A DNA stretch of 64,000 bases from an uncultured Acidobacteriota bacterium (lineage in GTDB: Bacteria; Acidobacteriota; Thermoanaerobaculia; Multivoradales; UBA5704), in contig CAWHUF010000012.1 in the NCBI GenBank assembly GCA_963832495.1, positions 74,140-138,139 on the forward strand. Direction: 5' to 3'. This document shows, one piece after another, positions 34,320 to 43,593 of the stretch. Within the stretch, counting starts at the first letter, position 1, and the number at the start of each line of letters is the position of its first letter. The notes beneath the pieces were generated by a model, which ran no database searches, was not told the origin of the DNA, and saw nothing but the letters and a program-made list of their open reading frames with translations. Both the position numbers and the translations under genes were made by a program.

Positions 34320-35178
34320 CTACGCCGGCTTTTCCGTCTCTTCGAGCCCGCGCCAGGTCTCTTCGCTGTCGTCGAAGATGGGCAGGTCGGGCATGCGGCC
34401 GCGGGCGGCGTTGACGTGCCAGCCCCAGAGGAGGGCCCACTTCAGGTAGGTGCCGTACGCCTGGAGCATGCAGAAGACGAGGCCGTGCATGCCGTCGAGG
34501 ATGCCGAGCTGGAAGATGTAGGTGCGCAGGAAGCGCCAGATGGAGCGGCCGAAGACCTGGACAGGACCCGACTTCTTCTTCTCCCGCCAGTTCTGCGAGG
34601 CGCCCCAGAAGCTGTACTTCTCGATCCGCCGGACGTACTCGTCGAGCGAGTCGGTCATGTAGTGGTCCATGGGGTTGCGCAGCAGCGGAGCCGGGCCGCG
34701 GGTGACCATGTCGGCGTGCACGCGGCGGTTGGGGTAGCGGGCCGAGCCGTTCTTGACCAGGCGGACGACCTGGTCGTGCTGCCAGCCGGAGAAGCGGATC
34801 AGGTGGCCGAGGAAGTAGACCTGCCGCCTGATGGTGTAGGCCTCGTGCCGGGGGCCGGCGGCGAGCAGCGTCTTCGATCTCCCGCTGGAGCGCCGGGGTG
34901 CAGCGCTCGTCGGCGTCGTAGATGAGGATCCACTCGTTTTCGACCTGGTCCATGGCCCAGTTCTTCTGCGAGGCGGAACCGAAGTAGGTGCGCTGGAAGA
35001 AGCGGACCTTGTCGTAGCTCTGGCAGATCTCGGGCGTGCGGTCGGTCGAGAAGGAGTCCACGACCAGGATCTCGTCGCACCAGAGGAGCGACTCGATGCA
35101 GCCGGCGATGTGGGCTTCCTCGTTGAAGGTGGTGATGATCGCCGAGACGCGGGGACGGGGGGCGGAGGGAGCGGCCAT
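34320..35178 (-). pseudogene. Family 2 glycosyltransferase interrupted by one frameshift near 34872
   Basis: N-terminal frame (track 34279..35178): VSAIITTFNEEAHIAGCIESLLWCDEILVVDSFSTDRT...ILIYDADERCTPALQREIE. C-terminal frame (track 34320..35234): TLLAAGPRHEAYTIRRQVYFLGHLIRFSGW...GILDGMHGLVFCMLQAYGTYLKWALLW. The two join seamlessly after a 1-nt shift. Confidence 0.75.
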
Positions 35179-35254
35179 AGGAAGAGAAAGCGTATCAGAA
35201 CCCCTGTTATAGAATCCCGCCGTCTTCGAACCAACCGGCCCCAGGGGGAGGTCT

Positions 35255-35956
35255 GTGCGCTCGTACCTCGTCTTCCTGATTCTGCTCTCGGTGAAGGTCC
35301 TGGCCCGGATCTTCTACCGCCTCGATGTCAAGTGGATCGGCGACGTGCCGCCCGAGCCGTGGCGGCGCATCCGGATCACCGGCATCCTGAACCACACGAG
35401 CCTCTACGAGGCCCTGCTCGCGGGGGCCTGCCCGAACCATTTCCTCTGGCGGATCGCACGCCACGGGGTGGTGCCCATCGCCCAAAAGACCTCGGAGCGC
35501 GCCCTGGTGGGGCGGTTCTACGGCCTGGTGGCGGCACGGGTCATCTCCATCACCCGCGAGCGGGACGAGACCTGGGGCGAGGTGCTGCGGCAGATCGATC
35601 CGGACGCCATGGTGCTCATCCTCCCCGAGGGCCGGATGAAGCGGGCCAACGGCCTCGACTCCCAAGGCAAGCCCATGACGGTGCGCGGCGGCATCGCGGA
35701 CATCCTGGAGACCATGGGTGAGGGGCGTTTCCTGATCGCCTACAGCGGCGGCCTCCACCACGTGCAGACCCCGGGGGACAAATTTCCCCGCCTGTTCAAG
35801 ACGATCCGCCTGCGCCTGGAGGTGGTGGACATCGGCCAGTACCGGGCCGCGCGCCTGGAGGAGGCGGGGCCCAAGGGGTTCCGGCGGGCGGTGGTGAACG
35901 ACCTCGGGCGGCGGCGGGATGAGGTGTGCCCGGCGCTGGAGGCGTTGAACCGGTAG
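35255..35956 (+). CDS. Lysophospholipid (PlsC-like) acyltransferase
   Basis: GTG start with GGAGG 5 nt upstream. NHTSLYE is an HX4D/E-block variant, and ILPEGRM matches the PEG block. There is an N-terminal hydrophobic helix. Confidence 0.65.
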   Translation: MRSYLVFLILLSVKVLARIFYRLDVKWIGDVPPEPWRRIRITGILNHTSLYEALLAGACPNHFLWRIARHGVVPIAQKTSERALVGRFYGLVAARVISITRERDETWGEVLRQIDPDAMVLILPEGRMKRANGLDSQGKPMTVRGGIADILETMGEGRFLIAYSGGLHHVQTPGDKFPRLFKTIRLRLEVVDIGQYRAARLEEAGPKGFRRAVVNDLGRRRDEVCPALEALNR

Positions 35957-36000
35957 AACCCTCACCCCCCGGAGTACAATCACCCTCGGGAGGGCGCGCG

Positions 36001-37158
36001 TTGTTTGGCAGACCCATCGAGATCTTCAGAGTCTTCGGCTTCACCGTCCGGATCGACCCTTCCTGGTTTTTCATCGCGGTCCTGGTGACCTGGAGCTTTG
36101 CCACGGCAGTCTTCCCCGGCAAGCTCCCGGGGCGTGCTCCGGCGACGTACTGGGCGATGGGCATCGCGGGGGCCTTCGGGTATTTCCTGTCGGTGGTGCT
36201 CCATGAGCTCTCCCACTCGCTGGTGGCGCGCACGTATGGGGTCGAGATGCGGGGGATCACCCTGTTCATTTTCGGGGGAATCGCGGAGATGCCGGGGGAG
36301 GTGCCTTCGCCCCGGTCGGAGCTCGTCATCGCGGCCGCGGGGCCGGCGGCGAGCTTCGGCATCGCCCTGGCGCTGGGCGGGCTCGGCCTCCTCGGGGCCA
36401 GCACCGGGTGGCCGGTAGCGGTGACGGCCGTCCTCACCTATCTCGCCTGGCTGAACGGCTGGCTCGCCCTGTTCAACCTCGTGCCAGCCTTCCCCCTGGA
36501 TGGCGGGCGCATCCTGCGGTCGATCCTCTGGGGCTGGAAAGGGAGCCTGCGCTGGGCGACCAAGGTCTCGTCGGGGATCGGCAGCGGCTTCGGCCTGCTG
36601 CTCATCGCCCTGGGCGTGCTCCTGGCGGTCTCCGTGCCCGGGGCGATGTTCTCCGGGTTCTGGCTCGCCATGCTCGGGCTCTTCGTGCGCGGCGCCGCGG
36701 CGTCTGCCTACCAGCAGCTCCTGCTGCGCCGGGCTCTGGCGGGCGAGCCGGTGTCGCGTTTCATGCAGACCAACCCGGTGACCGTGCCGCGGGGCATCTC
36801 CGTACAGGACCTGGTGCAGGACTACATCTACAAGCACCATTTCAAGATGTTCCCGGTGGTGGACGACGCCGGCCGGCTGTTCGGGTGCGTCACCACCCGG
36901 CAGGTGCGCGAGCTTCCCCGCGAGGAGTGGGACCGCCAGACGGTCGGATCGCTCGCCGTGCGCTGCGCTCCCGAGAACACGGTGGGGGCCGAGACGGACG
37001 CCATGGAAGCTCTCTCCCGCATGAGCCGCACCGGCATCTCCCGCCTGATGGTGGTGGACGGCGACCGCCTCCTGGGCATCCTCTCGCTCAAGGACCTGCT
37101 CCGCTTCTTCTCGCTCAAGATGGAGCTCGAAGAGGCCGGGTCCCGCGGCCCGGCGTAG
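36001..37158 (+). CDS. M50 (site-2 protease family) metallopeptidase with a C-terminal CBS pair
   Basis: HELSHSLVA zinc motif, NLVPAFPLDGGRIL, and two CBS-like modules (...FKMFPVVDDAGRLFGCVT... and ...ISRLMVVDGDRLLGILSLKDL). I place the start at the TTG at 36001 (LFGRPIEIFRVFGFTVRIDPSW). The track ORF begins at 35926. Confidence 0.85.
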   Translation: MFGRPIEIFRVFGFTVRIDPSWFFIAVLVTWSFATAVFPGKLPGRAPATYWAMGIAGAFGYFLSVVLHELSHSLVARTYGVEMRGITLFIFGGIAEMPGEVPSPRSELVIAAAGPAASFGIALALGGLGLLGASTGWPVAVTAVLTYLAWLNGWLALFNLVPAFPLDGGRILRSILWGWKGSLRWATKVSSGIGSGFGLLLIALGVLLAVSVPGAMFSGFWLAMLGLFVRGAAASAYQQLLLRRALAGEPVSRFMQTNPVTVPRGISVQDLVQDYIYKHHFKMFPVVDDAGRLFGCVTTRQVRELPREEWDRQTVGSLAVRCAPENTVGAETDAMEALSRMSRTGISRLMVVDGDRLLGILSLKDLLRFFSLKMELEEAGSRGPA

Positions 37159-37161
37159 CTC

Positions 37162-37890
37162 TCAGAACCCGCCGGGACGAGGAGGCGCGGCGGGGGCCGC
37201 CGCCGGCCGCCAGTCGTCGTCGAGCCACTCCGCAGTGATCCGGGCCCTCTCGGGGCCCAGGTACTTGGCCACCAGGTAGAGCGAGGCGTCGATCGAGGAG
37301 GACACCCCGGCCGTGCTGACGATCTTGCCCGATTCGAGGTAGTCCCTGGTGGCTGCCACCTTGGCTTTCGGGGCCAGTTGCTTGAGATAGCCCGCGCCCT
37401 GGTGGTGGACGGTCACGGGGACGCCGTCCAGGAGGCCGGCTTTGGCGAGCAGGAAGGTCCCCAGGCAGACGCTGAGCACGGTCTCGGCGCTGCCGGCCCG
37501 CTGCCGGACCCAGTCGATCAGCGCCGGCCGGTTCATGGCCTGCAGGGCTCCGCGCCCTCCCGCGAGCACCAGCACGTCCGCGGGCGGGCAGTCGGCCAGC
37601 ACGCAGTGGGCCTCGATCGCGAAACCGCCGTCCACCTGGATCAGGCCCGGTTTCTCCGCCGCGAGCCGGATCTGGAACGCCGGGGTGTTGGTGGTGCCGA
37701 GCTCGCTGGCCGTCTTGAAGACCTCGACCGGGCCGACCAGGTCGCCCAGCTCGACGCCGTCATAGATCAGCACCAGGACGGTCCGGGTGACCTCCTTCGC
37801 CGCCTCCTTCGCCTGGGGCGCCGCGGGCGGTTGGCCGTTAGCGGGCGCGGCGAGCGCCAGGACCAACGAGAGGAAGAGGAGATTTCGCAT
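37162..37890 (-). CDS. DJ-1/PfpI family protein with signal peptide
   Basis: ATG at codon 97 of track ORF 37162..38178: MRNLLFLSLVLALAAPANG. The nucleophile elbow is SVCLGTFLLAKAGLL. Confidence 0.8.
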   Translation of the reverse strand: MRNLLFLSLVLALAAPANGQPPAAPQAKEAAKEVTRTVLVLIYDGVELGDLVGPVEVFKTASELGTTNTPAFQIRLAAEKPGLIQVDGGFAIEAHCVLADCPPADVLVLAGGRGALQAMNRPALIDWVRQRAGSAETVLSVCLGTFLLAKAGLLDGVPVTVHHQGAGYLKQLAPKAKVAATRDYLESGKIVSTAGVSSSIDASLYLVAKYLGPERARITAEWLDDDWRPAAAPAAPPRPGGF

Positions 37891-37895
37891 AGTCC

Positions 37896-39386
37896 CTACC
37901 TTTCTCGATTCTTTGCCAGGGATTCGTCGCGAAACTTGAGGGGCGGGAGGGCCGCCGGACCGGAGGCCACCGGCTCGCCGCGGAAGAACCGCTGGATCGC
38001 CGGCAGGGTCTCCGGCGCGGCGAAGAAGTCTTCCCCGTGCCCGATCCCCTCGATCTTCAGGTGAGCAGCGTTCCGGAAGCCCTGGAGGATCTCCTCCGCG
38101 TCCGCCCGCGGGGTGCGGACGTCCAGGCTGCCGCTGATGAACAGAACGGGCATGGCGGACCGGACCGGCTTGCGCCACTCAGGCCCGAGGTCCGGGACGC
38201 CCCACCCGGAGCAGATCTCCGGGAAGGGGAAATCGACCGCTTCCCCGAGCAGGGTGGCCGAGGCCTCGCGCCGGATCCGCGCCAGCCGCTCCTCGGAGAG
38301 GCCCGAGGAGCACTCCACGACGTAGGGCATGGCCGCGCCCAGCCAGCCCCGCCGCAGGCCCAGCGCGAACTGCCCGAGGGCCTGGAAGTCCCCGCCCGCC
38401 ATGGCCTGGAGCCGGGCCGGCAGGCGCTCGGTCTCCTGCCGGTCCCCGAGCGCCTGCGTGACCATTACCTGGAGATCGAACGGCCCCAAGGCCACCCGGG
38501 CCGTGCGCTGGGCCAGGGGCAGGGGGACCTCCACGGACACCGGCTCCTGTTTCAAGCGTTCGAGGAGGGAGGTGAGGGTGGCCAGGAGGCTCCGGAAAGG
38601 CGCGGCGCGCCTGGGGGTCGGCCTTGAACAGGCGGCCGACCTCCCCCAGGTGGCGCTCGAACGTGCCCGGCAGGCGCAGGCCGTGCTCCGGCCCCTTGGC
38701 GCTGAGCAGGACGGCGCGCTGGATACTCCGGGGGTGGCGCCGGATCGCGGTGAGCGCGAGCTGGGTGCCGTAGCTCGTGCCCAGGAGCTGGAGCGCCGGG
38801 GCGCCCAAGGCCCGGCGGAGGTCTTCGAGGTCGTCCGCGCTCTCGACGGTGTTGTACCCGGCCAGGTCGATCCCTTCCGACTTCATCAGCGCGGCGCACG
38901 ACCGCGACCTCTCGCGCGCCGTGGCGAGCAGCTCGTCGCGCGGCACGGGACGGTCGAGCGGGTGGCTCCAGGCTTCGCGGCAGACCAGGGCGGGCCTGGA
39001 CATGCCGGTGCCGCGCTGGTCGAGGGCGATCACGTCGGCGACCTTGCGCAGTTCCAGGAAGACGGGCAGGAGGGGGCCGCGGGCGGCCGCCGTCCCCGAA
39101 CCGCCGGGTCCGCCGCTCAGGAAGACGATGGGAGGCTCAGGGGAGGGAGAGGTGCTCCGGAGCCGAAGGAAGGCCAGCCGGACGGGGCCGCTGCCGGGAC
39201 GGGAACGGCGCTCGGGCACTTGGAGCCAGCCGAGGTCGGCGCCCACGCGGCGGCCCTCGCTGGTCAGCTCCGCGGTCTCCCAGGAGAGGTTCTCCGGCGG
39301 GGCCTGGCTGGCGCGGAGCGCGCCCCCAAGCCCCGCGAGGCCCCCCAGAGGACGAGCACGGCGAGGGGCCTGGACCGCTTCATCAT
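37896..39386 (-). pseudogene. Secreted alpha/beta hydrolase (S33 prolyl/tripeptidyl aminopeptidase-like) with two frameshifts
   Basis: Three track ORFs join: 39264..39596 (MMKRSRPLAVLVLWG), 38179..39246 (...IVFLSGGPGGSG...ALDQRGTGMS...LLGTSYGTQLAL...) and 37896..38555 (...LLERLKQEPVSVEVPL...PVLFISGSLDVRTP...GIGHGEDFF). The shifts lie at a G6 run near 39342 and near 38590. The start codon overlaps the amine oxidase stop (GCATGATGAAG). Confidence 0.7.
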
Positions 39387-40915
39387 GCCGGAGCGCCGGA
39401 AGCGTCGTTGATCTCGCGCGCGGCGCGATCGCCCGAGTAGAGGCCCCCCTGCATCCAGTGCGGCCAGGGCGAGGCGTGCTCGCCCGCGAAGTGGACCCGC
39501 CCCTCGGCCGTGGCGGCGTGCGGGTAGAGCGTGGTCATCTGCCCCGGCTTGTAGTAGGCGTAGGCGCCGCGGCTCCAGGGCTCCTCCATCCAGCACTTCC
39601 AGGCCCCGCCTTCGAATTGGGTGCGGATCGTGGGATAGAGCTTCTCCAGTTCCCGCAACGCGAGCGGAATGCGCTCGCCGCTCGGGGCCGCCTCGAAGAT
39701 CTTGCCGGCGGGACCTGACGCGTAGGTCTCGAGCAGCCCGCGCCGGCCCTCGGGATTGGAGGTCGAATCAAAGACGTACTTGATCGGCAGGTCCGTGAGG
39801 GCGAAGCCGGAGAGCCCCTCGTCGAGCCAGAACCGGCTGCGCGTCTGGAGGAAGCAGCGGACGACCGAGCAGTAGGGCATCTCCCGGATCGCCTGCTGCT
39901 TGCCGGGCGAGAAGCCGGGGGAGACCTCGAGGTTGCGAAGGACGGAGAAAGGCAGCGTACAGAGGAGGTAGTCGGCGGACATCTTCTGGAGCATCCCGCC
40001 CTGCTCGAAGGCCACTTCGACGCCGTCCGCCGAGTGCGCGATGCGCGCCACCGGACAGCCGTACAGGATCCTGTCCGACAGGCGGTCGGCCAAGGCCATG
40101 GGCAGCCGGTCCATGCCGCCGCGGATCTTCCAGATGGTGTCGGAGCCCGGGCTCAGGAGCCCGTCCCGCAGCACCCAGAGGGCCGAGACGTCCTCCATCC
40201 CGTTGGCCGGCAGGTCGAGGTAGAAGCGGAGCCCCAGCAGCTTGAGAGCGCCCGCCGAGGCGCCGCTGCCGCGGATGAAGTCGGCGAGCGACATCTGGTC
40301 GTACTTGCGGGCGGCGGGCGGCGGCCAGTCCGGGGCCAGGGGATCGCCGACCTGCTCTTCTGCGTAGAGGTAGTACTTCACCAGCATCCCCAAGCTGCCC
40401 ATCTTGCGCTCTTCCGGCGTGGTGGCGAACGGCAGGGGCATGCCCTTGGTGGGGACCACCCGCTGCCCGTCCACATGGTAGAAGGAGATCATCTTGGATA
40501 GGCGGGGCTCCACCCAGAGGTCCGCCTCCAGCCCGAGATCCTGGAGGTAGCTCCAGACCATGCCGTGGCTGCTCGGCAGGGTGCTCGCTCCGGTGTTGAC
40601 GTAGAGGCCTTCTGCGAAGGGCTCGCGCAGGGTATGGACGCGGCCGCCCGGGCGCGTCTGGGCTTCCAGGATCGTCACGTCATGCCCGGCGCGCGAGAGC
40701 TCGTAGCCGGCGCCGAGACCCGCCAGCCCCGCCCCGAGGATGAGCACCTTCCTGGGTGGCCCTTTGCGGACCAGCGGCTGGAGCGGTGAGCCGGTGGGGA
40801 CGGGCGGGTTGGGGGACTGCGGCTCCTGGGCCGAGGACCATCGGGCGGTTGCGAGGGCCGAGGCCCCCAGGGTTGTGCCAACCAGGAACTCTCTACGATT
40901 GAGGCCCGAGCTCAT
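39383..40915 (-). CDS. Tat-exported flavin-containing amine oxidase (L-amino-acid / monoamine oxidase family)
   Basis: ATG at codon 24 of track ORF 39383..40984. MSSGLNRREFLVGTTLGASALATA is the twin-arginine signal. The FAD fold motif is KVLILGAGLAGLGAGYELSRAGHDVTILEAQTRPGGRV. The C-terminal motif is FAGEHAS. Confidence 0.85.
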   Translation of the reverse strand: MSSGLNRREFLVGTTLGASALATARWSSAQEPQSPNPPVPTGSPLQPLVRKGPPRKVLILGAGLAGLGAGYELSRAGHDVTILEAQTRPGGRVHTLREPFAEGLYVNTGASTLPSSHGMVWSYLQDLGLEADLWVEPRLSKMISFYHVDGQRVVPTKGMPLPFATTPEERKMGSLGMLVKYYLYAEEQVGDPLAPDWPPPAARKYDQMSLADFIRGSGASAGALKLLGLRFYLDLPANGMEDVSALWVLRDGLLSPGSDTIWKIRGGMDRLPMALADRLSDRILYGCPVARIAHSADGVEVAFEQGGMLQKMSADYLLCTLPFSVLRNLEVSPGFSPGKQQAIREMPYCSVVRCFLQTRSRFWLDEGLSGFALTDLPIKYVFDSTSNPEGRRGLLETYASGPAGKIFEAAPSGERIPLALRELEKLYPTIRTQFEGGAWKCWMEEPWSRGAYAYYKPGQMTTLYPHAATAEGRVHFAGEHASPWPHWMQGGLYSGDRAAREINDASGAPA

Positions 40916-40940
40916 CCGCGGCTCCCTTCTTGTTCCACGG

Positions 40941-43354
40941 CTACTCCCCTCGCAGGGCGGAGACCGGGTCGCCCTGCACGGCACGGCGGGCCGGCAGATA
41001 GGTGGACAGCAGGGCGACTCCGCCGAGCACGACCACCACGGCCACGAACGTCAGGGGATCGGTGGCGCCGACGCCGAACAGCAGGCTGCCCAGGAAACGG
41101 CCGAGGCCGAAGGCCAGGCCGATGCCCACGAGCATCCCGGCCGCAGCGAGGATCACCCCTCTCGTCAGCACCATCCGGAGCACGTCTTCCCGGCGGGCGC
41201 CCAAGGCCATCCGGATCCCGATCTCGTGCGTCTGCAGGGCTACCGAGTACGACATCAGACCATAGACGCCGACGGCCGCGAGCAGCAGGGCGAACCCCGC
41301 GAAGACCGCCAGCAGGAGGGCGTAGAAGCGCGGCTGCGCGACCGATCCGGAAACGATCTCTTCCATGGTGCGGATCTTGGCGACCGGCAGGTTCCGGTCG
41401 ATGCGCCAGACCTCTTCGAGGATCGGGCGGGTCAGGCTCGCCGGCTCTGCGGACGTACGGACCACGAGATTGAGGGCCCTCCAGTAACTCTGTGTGTTCG
41501 GCGGGTAGATTTCCGGGACCGGGTCGTTCGCCTGCCCGTTGTGGCGGACGTCTCCGACCACGCCCACGACCTCCCGGACGGCCTCGTCCACGCGTCCCAG
41601 GCCTCCCAGGTCCTGGCTGAAGACCATGCGCTGCCCCACCGGGCTCCGCCCCGGCCAGTAGAGGCGCGCCAGGGTCTCGTTGACGACGACCACGGGGGGC
41701 GCGCTGGCGCGGTCGCCCGCCTCCAACAGGCGGCCCGCGCGCAGCGGCACGCGCAGGGTCTGGAGGTAGCTCGGGCTGACCGGCCGCAGGAAGGCCTTGT
41801 ACTCCTGGCCGGGCGCGGCGGGCGGGCGGCCCTCGATGGTGAAGGGCACGTCGACCTTCATTCCCTCGGCCACGGGGAGCGACAGCGCGGCGCCGACCGC
41901 CTCCACCCCGGAGACGCCCCGGATCCGCTCCTGGACCTCCTCGTAGAAGGCGGTGGCCCGCGCCTCGTCGTACTTCTCCTCGGGCAGCGAGAGGCTGAAC
42001 GTGAGCACGTTCGAGGGATCGAACCCGGGCGGCACGGCGGCGAGCCGCACGAAGCTCCGCCCCAGCAGGGCGGCGCCCACGAGGAGCGTCAGGGCGACGG
42101 CGATCTGGAGCGCCACGAGCGCGTGGAAGGCGCGCAGCCGTACCGTACCCCTGGCCCCCCGGATCGCGCCATGCAGGTCCAGCCGGGAAGCTCTGGAGGG
42201 CCGGCGCCAACCCGAACAGCAGCCCGGTCACCAGGGTGAGCGCGAGGGCGACGGCGAGCGCCCCGCCGTCGATCACGGCTTCTTCCAGGCGGGGCACGTC
42301 GGTGGGGCCGAAGGTCACCAGGAACCTGGCTCCCGCGTAGGCGATCAGCAGGCCCGCGAGGCCCCCGGCCGCCGCCAGGACGAGGTTCTCCGTCAGGAGC
42401 TGGCGCAGCAGCCGTCCCCGGCTCGCCCCCAGCACCTGGCGCAGCGACAGCTCGGGGCGCCGCCTCAGGCCTTGGGCGAGCAGCAGGTTCGCCACGTTAA
42501 AGCAGGCCGTGAGCAGCATCAGGAGGACGCCGCCGAACAGGACGCGCAACTGGGGACGGACCTTGCCCACGATCTGCTCGGACAGGGTCAGGACCGTCAC
42601 CTCCCGCTCGGTGTTGGTGTCGGGGTAGGTCCGTTCGAGCCGCGCGGCGATCGTCTTCATCTCGTCGGCGGCCTGCTCAGGGGTGGCCCCGGGCCGCAGG
42701 CGGCCGATGACGCGCAGGAACTGGAACTCACGGCTGAAGTAATTCTCGCTCTGGAAGGGCTTCCAGAGCTGCGCGTTGGGCGGGAGCTCGAAGCCCGGCG
42801 GCATCACCCCGATGATGGTGTAGGAGACGTCGTCGAGCTTCAGGATGCGGCCGAGGACCTTCGGGTCCGAGCCGAACCGGCGTTGCCATAGCCCGTGGCC
42901 CAGCACCACTACGGCGGGCCCCCCCTGGCGGCACTCGTCGGGCCGGTACGTGCGGCCCAGGACCGGCCGCCGCCCCAGCACGTCGAAGAGCTTCCGCGGT
43001 GGAGACGGCTCCCGAGACCTGCTCCGGATCGCCCTCTCCGGACACGTTGAAGCTCCAGTTGTGGTAAGCGGCCAGCTTCTCGAACCTGCGGCTCTGCGCC
43101 TGCCAATCGAAAAAGTCCGCCGGCGCCACCGGCAGCTTGTCGTCGTCCACCGAGCGGGCGCTCTCCCAGAGCGCCATCAGCCGGCCGGGCTCTGCGAAGG
43201 GCAGGGGCCGCAGCAGGACGGCGTTGACGACGCTGTAGATCGCGGTGGTGGCCCCGATCCCAAGGGCCAGGGCGAGGAGCGTGACCAGAGTGAAGACTGG
43301 AGCCCTTACTAGCTTGCGAAAGCTATAGTGGAGATCCTGGATCAAAGCGCTCAT
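40941..43354 (-). pseudogene. ADOP-family duplicated permease with two frameshifts
   Basis: Three track ORFs join. 42728..43399 runs from MSALIQDLHYSFRKLVRAPVFTLVTLLALALGIGATTAIYS to ...VSGAVSTAE. 40912..42981 runs from VLGRRPVLGRTYRPDE... to ...FGLAPALQS. 40941..42116 preceded by SRLDLHGAIRGARGTVRLRAFHALV, then ALQIAVALTLLVG...YLPARRAVQGDPVSALRGE. The shifts lie near 42990 and 42190. Confidence 0.75.
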
Positions 43355-43593
43355 CCTAAACCTCCGCTGAGGTGTCGCGCATTTGGACCGAAGCTGCACT
43401 CCTTATCTTAGGGGCAACATGTTTGGTATGGTAGCAGACTGCTCCTGAACCAGAACGCCGAAATGAACGCCGATTCCACAACTCGATCCCGCCCCCGGCT
43501 CAGCCCAAATCTGGGCTTTCTTGACGCTTTGACCTGGTCCTCGGCGCGACACCTTCATCCTCCTCCACGTTCGCAACACCAGGAGAGACGAAC

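Noticed and set aside
32024-34414. ORF 32024..34414(+, 796 aa)
   Set aside because: It is the codon-aligned antisense of the intact ADOP permease and gives Gly/Asp/Glu/Ala/His-rich junk.
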